DNA from: an uncultured delta proteobacterium
GTDB taxonomy: Bacteria > Desulfobacterota > BSN033 > UBA1163
Assembly: GCA_963827685.1 (NCBI GenBank)
Contig: CAWHBU010000003.1
Coordinates: forward strand, 96,001-160,000
DNA: 64,000 nucleotides
Direction of reading: 5' to 3'
How positions within the stretch are numbered: position 1 is the first letter of the stretch; each line of letters opens with the position of its first letter. Position numbers and translations under genes: made by a program. Below, one piece after another: positions 40,967 to 50,549 of this stretch. Below the pieces are notes generated by a model. The model had not been told where the DNA came from, did not search any database, and was given only the letters and a program-made list of their open reading frames with translations.

Positions 40967-41029
40967 GCCCAACAGGCGGCCGCACAAGGATCGATCTTAA
41001 ACTGTGGCCTCTGATGCGGGCCGGTATCC
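40967..41029 (+). other. Degenerate attC-like site
   Basis: R'' GCCCAAC immediately after the stop; imperfect L arms; R' decayed to GGTATCC, followed by segment B. Confidence 0.45.
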
Positions 41030-41115
41030 TGACTTCCAATCCACAATCAACAGCTCTTAAGGTAGATTGATCTCCAAACTTAGAGGTGGAAGAGGTAGCC
41101 CCTTTTTTAACTCTC
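41023..41115 (+). repeat. Segment B, copy 3
   Basis: aatcaacagctcttaa.gtagattgatctccaaactt...gaagaggtagccccttttttaa. Confidence 0.8.
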
Positions 41116-41275
41116 TCCCCGTACTAAATGGTTTACAGATTTTCTAAAAAGGAGTATATTCCAATCAGTAATCCACAGGGTGGGGACGAAAACATTCTTT
41201 CATTTTCAGAAATGAAAAATAATAATCAGTGCTTGGTCAACTTTCAATAAAGGTTTATTTCGCCGGGAAAAAGCC

Positions 41276-41374
41276 TGGGGTCAGACTTAAATATTGACAT
41301 TTAAGGACAGAACGAAAATTTATCTTCTTTTTAAAAAGAGCAAGAAAAGATCTCAATAATTAAGTCTGACCCCA
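41276..41374. repeat. REPIN-like palindrome (tggggtcagactt...aagtctgacccca)
   Basis: 22-bp IR with 1 mismatch. Confidence 0.75.
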
Positions 41375-41379
41375 AAGAC

Positions 41380-42978
41380 ATGTCCCAATTGGTAATCATC
41401 GACGGCTTTTCATATCTTGACTCACATTATCTATCCATATTATCATATGGTGGGTTTGAGAAATTCATACATTTTATGAAACTTAAGTCGTCCTCTCTGC
41501 AGATAAATACACTGTTTCCAATTGGGAGATCATTATATGGTGATCTTAACAACAATCTCGAAAAAGAAACATCTATATCTATCGGCCAACAAGAAGGTTT
41601 ATCCCAAATAGATGTTCTTGATAACAAATTGAAACAGCACTTCCATAGGAAAATCAAAATTCAGCCGGAATTGTCACGCCAGATAGTAAGCTTTCAGGCA
41701 AACAAACCCAGACGCTCATACCGCTGGTATAAATATAAGGAAGCTTTTTCTGCAGCACTCGTCGAATATTTATTTTTTAAATACGGAATTCAATCAGGGA
41801 AAGCACTTGACCCCTTTGCAGGAAGCGGAACGGCTTTGTTTGCAGCGAGTGATATGGAAATTGATGTCGATGGGATTGAATTACTTCCTGTTGGACAACA
41901 GATTATTTTTGCAAGGGAGTGCTTGGAAAAAGAATTTACTCAGGCCGATCTTGACTCTTTTAAGCATTGGGCGAAGGAGCGTCCTTGGCATGCATCAAAG
42001 GTAAAAATACCCCTTTCTAAATTGCCTATCACAGAGGGGGCCTATCCGAAAAAAACACTTGATTCAATTGAGCGATACATCGGAGCCTGGCAGAGAGAAA
42101 ACAACAAAGTCCAGTCCGTTGTACGCTTCGCTTTGTTGTGTGTACTTGAGCAAGTCAGTTTTACACGTAAAGATGGGCAGTATCTTCGGTGGGATTATCG
42201 TTCAGGCCGCCGGCAGGGTGCGAAGCCTTTCGATAAAGGGGAGATACTCAATTTCGATAAAGCAATATGCGAAAAAATAAATGAAATTTACCGCGATTTA
42301 GAGGCTGGGAAGGGGTCTGGAGAATTATTTGTTCCCAAAGGCATAAAAGGGAATATTCACCTTTTTTGTGGTTCATGTCTTGATATTATGCCGACTCTGC
42401 AGAGGAATTCATACGACGCCGTTGTGACATCTCCACCTTACTGTAATCGTTATGATTATACAAGAACATATGCGTTAGAGTTAGCATTGCTTGGGATAGG
42501 AGAAGAGGGGATCAGCAGGCTTAGACAGGAAATGTTAAGCTGCACAGTGGAAAATAGGGCAAAAGATTTATTGAAAATGAATCCGAAATGGATAAATGCC
42601 ATCGCTGCCGCAGAAAATCAGGAATTGTTGCAGGCAATTTTACGATATCTCGAAGAAGAAAAAGATAAAGGCCAGCTAAACAATAACGGCATTCCAAGAA
42701 TGGTAAGGGGCTATTTCTATGAAATGGCATGCGTTATTAGTGAAATGGCCCGCGTTTTAAAACCCAATGCCCTATCATTCATGGTCAATGACAATGTGCG
42801 TTATGCTGGCGCCAGCATTTCGGTTGATATGATCCTCTGCAACATTGCAGAAAAACTGGGATTCCATGTAGAAAACATTCTTGTTTTGCCAAACGGGAAA
42901 GGAAACAGCAGTCAGCAAATGGGAAAACATGGCCGTGATCCATTAAGAAAGTGTGTCTATGTCTGGAGAAAGCTATAA
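41380..42978 (+). CDS. Amino-DNA methyltransferase (likely N4-mC, M.AvaI/M.BsoBI-like); true start uncertain
   Basis: DPFAGSGT precedes VTSPPY; GNSSQQMG; adjacent to the REase. Confidence 0.85.
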   Translation: MSQLVIIDGFSYLDSHYLSILSYGGFEKFIHFMKLKSSSLQINTLFPIGRSLYGDLNNNLEKETSISIGQQEGLSQIDVLDNKLKQHFHRKIKIQPELSRQIVSFQANKPRRSYRWYKYKEAFSAALVEYLFFKYGIQSGKALDPFAGSGTALFAASDMEIDVDGIELLPVGQQIIFARECLEKEFTQADLDSFKHWAKERPWHASKVKIPLSKLPITEGAYPKKTLDSIERYIGAWQRENNKVQSVVRFALLCVLEQVSFTRKDGQYLRWDYRSGRRQGAKPFDKGEILNFDKAICEKINEIYRDLEAGKGSGELFVPKGIKGNIHLFCGSCLDIMPTLQRNSYDAVVTSPPYCNRYDYTRTYALELALLGIGEEGISRLRQEMLSCTVENRAKDLLKMNPKWINAIAAAENQELLQAILRYLEEEKDKGQLNNNGIPRMVRGYFYEMACVISEMARVLKPNALSFMVNDNVRYAGASISVDMILCNIAEKLGFHVENILVLPNGKGNSSQQMGKHGRDPLRKCVYVWRKL

Positions 42979-42983
42979 GGTTT

Positions 42984-43934
42984 ATGAAGAAACCGTATCG
43001 CAAACATCTATCCGGCTACACCGATCTGCTAACGACTTATGAAGAAGTTAGAGCCGGTTTTGTCGCCTTAGCATTAGAAAAAAACCGTAGGGCCACTCCG
43101 TTTGTCGAACAAGCAAGATCTCTTAAAACAGCTGCGAGTCAAGCCAAGAATCCTGCCGATCTTCTTAATATTCAGAGCATACAGCTTGCTTTATTGACGG
43201 CCTCAGGAGTGTCAGACAAAGCAATGAAATATCTGGAGTCTAATGACAAATTAGAAGCAATCCAAAAATTGATTGAAAAATACCTCGAACCCGCTGGATC
43301 AGCCTTTGTCGAAGAATTAGTATTTAGATTTCTTTTGACAAGAGGAGATACTTTGGGAGGTTCAATGCGAAATGTCGGTGGAGTTTTAGGTGAGCGTAAA
43401 TTGGCACGAGCAACACTTGCCAACCTTGCACTTGCAGGAATTGCTTATCAATGGCTTCATGCTGACAGCGAAGAATGGATCGTTGGAAAAAGAGATGACG
43501 CTGATGTTGAGCTCTATCTAAATGGGCTTAGTTGGTCAGGCAAAGGCAAAAACCGTACAATGATTTACAACCGCAGGGTTCCATTCATTGGGAAAAATAT
43601 TGATTTGTGCCTTCTCAATTGCTCCCCTGAAGGGTTCGACACTGCCTTTAATAGTCCTTCTCATTACATTGCTCTTGGAGAACTCAAAGGGGGTATTGAT
43701 CCTGCCGGAGCTGATGAACATTGGAAAACGGCAAGGACTTCTTTAACCCGAATACGCAAGGCATTTTCTAAAGAAAAAGCTTCACCACATCTATTTTTCG
43801 TTGGCGCAGCCATCGAACACAGCATGGCCGGAGAAATATGGGGTCAATTAAAAGATGGAACCTTAAGCAATGCCGCCAATCTGACCAACGGAGATCAAGT
43901 AGCTTCTTTATGTGGATGGTTGTGTAGTCTGTAA
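42984..43934 (+). CDS. Type II restriction endonuclease, AvaI/BsoBI family
   Basis: RFLLTRGDTLGGSMRN, KNIDL, ALGELKGGIDPAGADEHWKTA. Confidence 0.88.
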   Translation: MKKPYRKHLSGYTDLLTTYEEVRAGFVALALEKNRRATPFVEQARSLKTAASQAKNPADLLNIQSIQLALLTASGVSDKAMKYLESNDKLEAIQKLIEKYLEPAGSAFVEELVFRFLLTRGDTLGGSMRNVGGVLGERKLARATLANLALAGIAYQWLHADSEEWIVGKRDDADVELYLNGLSWSGKGKNRTMIYNRRVPFIGKNIDLCLLNCSPEGFDTAFNSPSHYIALGELKGGIDPAGADEHWKTARTSLTRIRKAFSKEKASPHLFFVGAAIEHSMAGEIWGQLKDGTLSNAANLTNGDQVASLCGWLCSL

Positions 43935-44119
43935 CCTAGAACAGAAATTTTAAATGTAGATGTTAAATTCCGTGATCTTTTAATGGGTGTTTCTTTAAAA
44001 GGGTAATCTATACGAGGGTATTCAAGAATGGCACAAATTCACCCTGAACGACGCGTGCGGCATCTGCAAACTCAGAACATCGCGTATTAACAAAATTAAT
44101 AAACAAAATAAAAGGAAAT

Positions 44120-44419
44120 GGGGTCAATAATACTCAGATAATGTCAATGCTCAGTGGATATTTTGAAGATATGTTCTTAGTATTTAAAGAGATCTATAGA
44201 TGCCTTCGCAACGGAGGAAAAGTTGCAGTAGTTGTCAGCAATGTTAGGTTTTCTGGCGTTAATGTGCCTGTGGATGAAATCCTTTTCGAAATCGGAGAGC
44301 AAGCCGGATTATATGCTCGTTATATCTGGGTTGCAAGGTATAGGGGAAATAGTTCTCAACAAATGAAGACCTATTCTCGCGAACCATCCAGAGAAAGCAT
44401 TGTTTTTTGGAATAAGTAA
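44120..44419 (+). pseudogene. 5'-truncated C-terminal fragment of a second DNA methyltransferase
   Basis: M..GYF.DM...NVRFSG...VD...GNSSQQM...RES, paralogous to the C-terminus of 41380; lacks FxGxG and SPPY. Confidence 0.75.
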
Positions 44420-45188
44420 AAATGACAAAGAAAAAAATAGTTTATTTATTTGGCGCTGGTGCTACTCAGGCCGTTATCAAGGAAATTGACCCTGAAAAGA
44501 GCTTAATGACTGAGGACATACGGGAGTTAATAGGATCGAAATACTCTAAAAAAGGGATTGACCCAGCGATTTGGAATGAGCTAGTTACAAAGGAAACTGA
44601 TATTGAACACCTAATATCCGTCCTTGAATCTCATTATAATTATTCAACTTCCGATAAAATAAGAAAATATTATTGGCAAGCCGTGGTAAGGTTAATCAAA
44701 GACCTATCAAAATCACCTCCGGCGAATCTATACACTGTTTTATATGATCTTCATAAAAATGTAGAAAGTCTGGAAGAGGAGTTAATTTGCTTCATAACAC
44801 TGAATTATGAAGATCTTCTGGAACAATCTCTAAAAAAACATCTAAAATTTGATATAGACTATGCAATTGATACTGCGAGCAATAGGAGCAAAAAAAATAA
44901 GGCGAGAATATTGAAATTACATGGTTCTTTCAATTGGATTAATACCAGACCAATTCAGATAAAAAGTATGACAGCAATTCAACATAAGAAAACATTATGG
45001 ATACCGCCGGGGGTCGAGAAGCGAAAGGACAATTATCCTTTTAACTTGCTATGGGGTGAAGCGCTAGAATGTTTGATGGAATGCGATATTGTAAGACTAA
45101 TAGTGGAGTGCACCCCTGAAACTGGACAAAATGTGTTAGAGTGGTGACAGGATCTTAGCCCCCTGAATGGGGGAGAAAGGATCTTGTC

Positions 45189-45536
45189 ATGAGAAACCAA
45201 CGGCGCTTTTCTCCAGAACTTAAACGTTCTATCGTCGAAGAGCTTTTGAGCCAAACCTCCTCTCCTGCCCAGATCTGTCGACGCCATAATATCTCCTCCG
45301 GCCTCCTCTATCATTGGAAAAGACAATATGCCCGAGGGAAATTCGGCAATGAACCGACCAAGGAAGCAGCCCTGGCCGATCGCGTCGAACAGCTGGAACG
45401 ACTGGTCGGCCAGTTGACCCTGGAAAAAGAGTTCTTAAAAAAAGCCTTGAAACATACCCTCGAAAAAGCCGACAGAAGAGAGAATTCCTTCTCCATCACC
45501 TCCATAAAGGAATCCAAGGGGGGTGTCAGCTCATGA
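45189..45536 (+). CDS. IS3 OrfA (HTH)
   Basis: RRFSPE.K, ICRRH.I...LLY.W, E.EFLKKA. Confidence 0.9.
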   Translation: MRNQRRFSPELKRSIVEELLSQTSSPAQICRRHNISSGLLYHWKRQYARGKFGNEPTKEAALADRVEQLERLVGQLTLEKEFLKKALKHTLEKADRRENSFSITSIKESKGGVSS

Positions 45537-46357
45537 ATCTTCCGAGGAGTAGCTTCTATTATCCGCCGAGAGAGAAAACGCCCTCTCAACAAGAACAGGA
45601 GAAGACTCTCGAGGGACGGATTGAAGCCCTCTGTTTGGAATTCCCTCGCTATGGCTATCGAAGGGTAACGGCTCAGTTGCATCGTGAAGGTCTTCTCATC
45701 AACCACAAGAAAGTCCTTAAGATCATGAAAGCCAATGATTTAGTCTGCCGCCCGCACAGGAAATGGGTCAGAACGACCCAGAGCGATCATGGCTACCCCC
45801 TCTATCCCAATCTTCTGAAGGATCGTCCTATTACGGCCATCAATCAGGCTTGGGTTGCCGATATTACCTATATCCGTATTACTTCGTGCTTTGTCTATCT
45901 GTCTGTTCTGTTGGATCTCTTCTCTCGAAAGGCTATCGGCTATGCGGTGTCTCAAAGTCTTCATGCCTCATTGACTCTTCAAGCCTTAGGGATGGCTTTG
46001 TCTCAAAGGGACCCTCCCCGAGGCTGCATCCACCACTCTGACCAAGGGGTTCAGTATGCCTCTTGGGAGTATGTTCAAAGGTTGAAGAATCACCATTTTC
46101 AAATCAGCATGGCTCGTAGAGGAAACCCCTATGATAATGCCTTTGCTGAGAGCTTTATTAAGACCCTCAAGAGTGAGGAAATCGATCTTTGGGAGTATCG
46201 GACTCTTGAGGACGTTCACCAACGACTTCCCTTTTTTATTGAAGAAGTGTATAACAAGAAACGATTGCACTCTGCACTGGGATATTTACCCCCAGATGAA
46301 TTTGAAGCCATGGTCATAAAGACTAATAACTTTCTACACCCCTGTCTATCACTCTAA
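45533..46357 (+). CDS. IS3 OrfB (rve integrase/DDE)
   Basis: YGYRR, W.ADITY, HHSDQG.QY, DNA.AESF...LK.E, R.HSALGY. Confidence 0.92.
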   Translation: MNLPRSSFYYPPREKTPSQQEQEKTLEGRIEALCLEFPRYGYRRVTAQLHREGLLINHKKVLKIMKANDLVCRPHRKWVRTTQSDHGYPLYPNLLKDRPITAINQAWVADITYIRITSCFVYLSVLLDLFSRKAIGYAVSQSLHASLTLQALGMALSQRDPPRGCIHHSDQGVQYASWEYVQRLKNHHFQISMARRGNPYDNAFAESFIKTLKSEEIDLWEYRTLEDVHQRLPFFIEEVYNKKRLHSALGYLPPDEFEAMVIKTNNFLHPCLSL

Positions 46358-46786
46358 GTTTGATTGTCCAATCCCAGGGGTTCAGTCCATAGGTTGCTCA
46401 CTGAGTCAAAATGACTGGGGACTGATCCCAATACTCTATACGGCGCAACGATTTAATAATAAAGGTCAAAACATAAAAATCGAAATAATAGACTTTATGA
46501 AAGCGGGGGAAAATATTAAGAAGAATTACCGATATCTTGATGTGAAACAAATCAACGAGATCGAGGAAATCATTGCATACTATAGACGTCAATTACCAGA
46601 TTCATCAGACGAAGAGCGTAATAAGGAGATGATTACCCAATTTTCTGACAAGGACAAAATGAATCCATTCAAGATATGGCTTGATGCAAAAATAGACCAA
46701 ATAGTTAAAGAAGACAATGATAAAGGAACAGACAGCATAAAGACAGCAAACTTTGTTCGTAATTTTTATTACAAGGAACCCAGCCT

Positions 46787-47908
46787 ATGAATAAAACAAA
46801 TATTAAGTGGACGATTAAAAGCCTTCTAGAAAAATATGATGCTATCGAGTTCCCTGAATACCAACGAGAACCTTCAGTTTGGAATCTAGATAAAAAGCAA
46901 AAGCTTATAGATTCAATACTACGAAAATTTGATATTGCTACCATTTACCTGTACAAGCGCGATGATGGCAACTACGAATGTATTGATGGGCGGCAGAGAA
47001 TCAATGCAATTATATCTTTTCTTGGTTTAAATGAACAAACTGATTCTGCCGGAGACGGTAGCAGTTCTGACAATAATTTCAAATTTATGAGCTCAGATGA
47101 GCTCCTTGGTTCAAGAGATTTGGAAGCTTTTAACAACAAAAGATGGGGTGATCTTAATGCCAAGCAACAAAAGGATTTTCTGGATTATGAATTCAATGTA
47201 CTCGAAGTAACGGATATTGATAAGGATGCTGAGCTTAACTTGATGTTTTTGAGATTGCAACTGGGAGCATCCCTCAACGCAGGGGAAAAGCTAAACGCAA
47301 TGGTTGGGGATATGAGAGATTTAATTTTTAAAGAATCTACGACCCCACCACCTTTAGGGCAACATCCATATCTTGACTATTTAGAAATCCAACAAAGAAG
47401 ATTCTCCAGAGAACTAACCGCTGCCCAAATAACTATGAATTTCTTTTCGCTTAAGAAAACAGGTGAGTTCAAAAGAGCAAGATTTAAAGATTTACAGGAA
47501 TTCTTCAAGGAAAATCTAAAATTTGGCCAGGAGGAGAAAGGGATGACATCATTATTAAGAGCAAGATTAGATGCGATTCACAAGACCTTACCGAAGGCAC
47601 CTAAGGTGAGACTAAAGAATCGCGCTATTGGTGTAAGCACTTTTTTCTTTGTAAATGAAATGATCGAACGTAAGCAGGATGGTGACATACTCACGTTTTT
47701 AAAATTTCTTCAGTTATTTTTAAAGAGACTAAAAGAGCAGGTGGAAAAAGGGATAGATATTGACCGACAATATAAAGATCTTCTAAAGTTTCAGACCTAT
47801 ATATCTCAAGCAGCCGTTGAAAAATATGCTATAGAAAGCCGCCAAAAATTCTTAAGAGAGTACTTTGATCATTATTTAAAACACAACAAAAAGATTAAAG
47901 GTGATTAA
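46787..47908 (+). CDS. DUF262 (ParB/Srx-like, GmrS-type) domain protein without a recognisable HNH/DUF1524 domain
   Basis: PEYQR..VW, LIDSI, IDGRQR, F.RLQ.G..L...E; ATGA overlap with the SIR2-like gene. Confidence 0.82.
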   Translation: MNKTNIKWTIKSLLEKYDAIEFPEYQREPSVWNLDKKQKLIDSILRKFDIATIYLYKRDDGNYECIDGRQRINAIISFLGLNEQTDSAGDGSSSDNNFKFMSSDELLGSRDLEAFNNKRWGDLNAKQQKDFLDYEFNVLEVTDIDKDAELNLMFLRLQLGASLNAGEKLNAMVGDMRDLIFKESTTPPPLGQHPYLDYLEIQQRRFSRELTAAQITMNFFSLKKTGEFKRARFKDLQEFFKENLKFGQEEKGMTSLLRARLDAIHKTLPKAPKVRLKNRAIGVSTFFFVNEMIERKQDGDILTFLKFLQLFLKRLKEQVEKGIDIDRQYKDLLKFQTYISQAAVEKYAIESRQKFLREYFDHYLKHNKKIKGD

Positions 47909-47951
47909 CTCCGTTCGATTTGGAAGCTCATAGGAAGAAAAGAAGGGTCCG

Positions 47952-48071
47952 CCTGCTCGGGAAAAGTCGATGAATCCTCGTTTTACATCAGTCGCGATGA
48001 GCTGAACGCGAACTCGATTCTCATTTGCCTTGACAAAGCATCAAGACTACATTGACAAGAGCCAGCCCATC
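47952..48071 (+). repeat. ~120-bp direct repeat, copy 1 (copy 2 at 50240-50514 carries a MITE)
   Basis: aagtcgatgaat.ctcgtt.tacatcagtc...aacgcgaactcgattctcatttg...ttgacaagagccagcccatc. Confidence 0.85.
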
Positions 48072-48158
48072 GATAAAGAGAGATGGGGACGTTCGTGCAA
48101 AGAGGAATAATTTCCTGTCACTTGTAATGGGGTAGAACAGGAAGTATCGAACACGCGG

Positions 48159-49079
48159 CTATACGCCAAGGTAGTCCCGGAGTTTTCGCAGTGCCTCCCG
48201 GTGTTTCCCCTTGGTCATTCGGCCTATATTTAGAAGCTTCCATTGAACGGCAGGAAGATTCTCGATTCCGGGCACGCCCAACAAATTCCACTGGGGTTTT
48301 CCCTCTTTAACAGATACGATAAACTGCCTTTCGTCCCGGGTCATTTCCTTGCGAAGCTTGGATACCAATTGCTCTCCTATAGTCCTCAGCTCCTCTGGCG
48401 TGACCGGTTCGACCACCATCCCCTGAAATTCTCTCTCGAAGACCGGGCGCAGATCACCCCATTGTGGATTGAGGATTTCGACCATCGGTCGGGAGTGACT
48501 GACAAGGTAGACAAGAAAGGCCTTGCGTACTTTCTCCGGAAACCCCTCATTCTTGAACAGCATATCGATGTCGAAAAGATCTCTCGGATGCTGCCGGTCC
48601 AGAGCTGCACAGGCCTTCCCTCCATAAAGATCCTCGAATGAAAGGGTGCGGGCTTCGATCGAAAGCTCAAAGAAATCCTGTGCCCTCTGACAGAGGGTTC
48701 TCGTTTCTGTTGGAAATACCGATCCTCTCAGGACAGGGTTCGGTTCTATTTTGACCGCTGCATCGTCACGGCGGAATAGCAAACCGGCTAAAATATCCAG
48801 GTCATGATCTTTCTTGGGAAACACGCGAACGCCGGCAATTTTTTTCTCAACCTTTTCGGAGATTCGAAGAAGGGCTTTGTCGATGTCATTTAAAGCAGTC
48901 TCACGGTCGTTAACCGGAAGATAGGTCAGGTCAATATCGACGGAAAGACGGGGAAGATCCCTTAAGAAGAAGTTGATCGCGGTCCCTCCCTTCAAGGCAA
49001 AGATTTCCTCTTCGTTTACAAAGGGCAAAACCCGAAGGAGCAATTCTGCCTGCCTGAAAAAGACCGTGTCTTTTTTCAA
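48159..49079 (-). CDS. AbiEii nucleotidyltransferase toxin (type IV TA)
   Basis: FALKGGTAIN...RLSVDID, K..AALDRQHPRDLFD. Confidence 0.9.
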   Translation of the reverse strand: MKKDTVFFRQAELLLRVLPFVNEEEIFALKGGTAINFFLRDLPRLSVDIDLTYLPVNDRETALNDIDKALLRISEKVEKKIAGVRVFPKKDHDLDILAGLLFRRDDAAVKIEPNPVLRGSVFPTETRTLCQRAQDFFELSIEARTLSFEDLYGGKACAALDRQHPRDLFDIDMLFKNEGFPEKVRKAFLVYLVSHSRPMVEILNPQWGDLRPVFEREFQGMVVEPVTPEELRTIGEQLVSKLRKEMTRDERQFIVSVKEGKPQWNLLGVPGIENLPAVQWKLLNIGRMTKGKHREALRKLRDYLGV

Positions 49080-49855
49080 ACTGTTCCTTCTCTCCTTACC
49101 CTGGGGACCGTGATTTGATACTTGGGATCGAGTTCTCCCCCGGATACGATCCTCCGCTTCCCTCTGCCGAAATCTATCCGTGAAAGATTAAGCTTTTCCA
49201 CCCAGGGATGCCTATGTTTTTCGGCCATGTACATGAAAAGCCTTTTAACTTTGATAAAGCGGCATATTTCGAGAAGCTTTTGAACGATCTCGGGCCTGAG
49301 CGTAACAAGGCTCTCCATGATGAGAAGCGACTCCTCGAAGCTTACCTTCTCCGGAACGAGGTAAAGCATCTCCATGGCCGCCCGCTCCGGCGAGGATATC
49401 CGAATGGAGAACTCCCTCTCCTTCCATTCGGAGAATCCGTCACGGTTGTTTTCAGGGAAAAGGCTCGTCCGGGTCACAACAAGGCGAAGACTAAGTCGTT
49501 CTCCTGAGAACCAGGCGGGTAGGACGATCCCAGGCTGAGCGTAAAGAAAGAGGGTTCTTGTCTCCTCAGGAACGTAGTGACCGTAACCCTTGAGTTCAAG
49601 GGCCGTCTTCCCTCCTGCGTGAACTTCAAGCTCAAGCTGGGATTGAACCGCGTATAAGGCTCCGGGCCACTCGACCCGATCTTCAGGGAGGATGTAGGCC
49701 CCTTGGCCAAAAGATTTAATCCAGCCGCTACGGCGATATTTCGTCAGGAGATCGTAAGTAAACCCTTGCCGTTTCAGGTAAGAAGCCGTTGCAACGGTTC
49801 CCCTGGACCACTTACGGATGAGCTGGTTTATTTTTGTTGTTTTTTCATTACCCAT
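49076..49855 (-). CDS. AbiEi antitoxin (AbiEi_3-like)
   Basis: H.GG.TAL...G..H, S.PERA..E, KVKRLF...A; overlaps the toxin start. Confidence 0.88.
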   Translation of the reverse strand: MGNEKTTKINQLIRKWSRGTVATASYLKRQGFTYDLLTKYRRSGWIKSFGQGAYILPEDRVEWPGALYAVQSQLELEVHAGGKTALELKGYGHYVPEETRTLFLYAQPGIVLPAWFSGERLSLRLVVTRTSLFPENNRDGFSEWKEREFSIRISSPERAAMEMLYLVPEKVSFEESLLIMESLVTLRPEIVQKLLEICRFIKVKRLFMYMAEKHRHPWVEKLNLSRIDFGRGKRRIVSGGELDPKYQITVPRVRREGTV

Positions 49856-50239
49856 GGTACTTAAATAACAATAATCTTAAACCAAAGTCAAGTGGGAAGT
49901 TTAAAAAAGTCGGAATTTCATTACTGGAAGGCAAGAAATAACCGTTTTCTTAAACCGTAACAAAGGGCTTCCGATCCAGAGCAATTGTTGTGCGTCATTT
50001 CCGGGGAAGCACAACTCGGTACGAGTCGGTGCGGTACGACCGAGTCGACTCCGACTCGATTCCGACAGGGGAGTATACTCGTCAACGAAGGGGACATAGG
50101 TTCTAAAACAACTTGACACCGTTGGCCCTTTTTAAAGAAGCGTTAAATGTGGGAAATACCTTAATCAGGACAAATACAAATAATCCGCTTCATCTCTTTC
50201 CCTGCCGGGACGGGCGAATATCAATCCCCCTGTCTTCAT

Positions 50240-50514
50240 CCTGCTTGGGCGAAGTCGATGAATGCTCGTTCTACATCAGTCCTTATTAATACAAACGCAA
50301 TAAGCAGATTGTCATTACGAAGAGTTAGGCGATGAAGTAATCTCATCAAAAACGAGATTGCCACGCTTGCGCGCCGGAGCGCTTCAGCGCGCAGGCACGC
50401 CCTTTGGGCTCGCAATGACAAGTTATTCAAAGCGTTTGTATCAGCTCAACGCGAACTCGATTCTCATTTGTCTTGCCAAAGTATCAAGATTAGATTGACA
50501 AGAGCCAGCCCATC
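50240..50514 (+). repeat. Direct repeat copy 2 with MITE (IR taatacaaacgc, about 50287-50443)
   Basis: Filled site, compared with the empty site at 47952. Confidence 0.8.
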
Positions 50515-50549
50515 AACTATTCTTTTTTCAGAGGAAAGGAGAGCGAGCC

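Larger units (their letters stand above)
45104..46389 (+). mobile_element. IS3-family element with 3-bp TSD TAG
   Basis: TG...CA ends (tggagtgcacccctg / caggggttcagtcca); TAG at 45101 and 46390. Confidence 0.93.
44422..46790 (+). pseudogene. SIR2-like (SIR2_2) protein split by IS3; reconstructs to 359 aa
   Basis: LFGAGAT, ITLNYEDLLE, KLHGSFNW, IPPG..K; removing the IS and one TAG restores RLIG-CSLSQNDW in frame to 46790. Confidence 0.85.

Noticed and set aside
23464-41115. CRISPR array or tracrRNA interpretation of segments A and B
   Set aside because: Copies are kilobases apart and degenerate, with no regular spacers and no cas genes.
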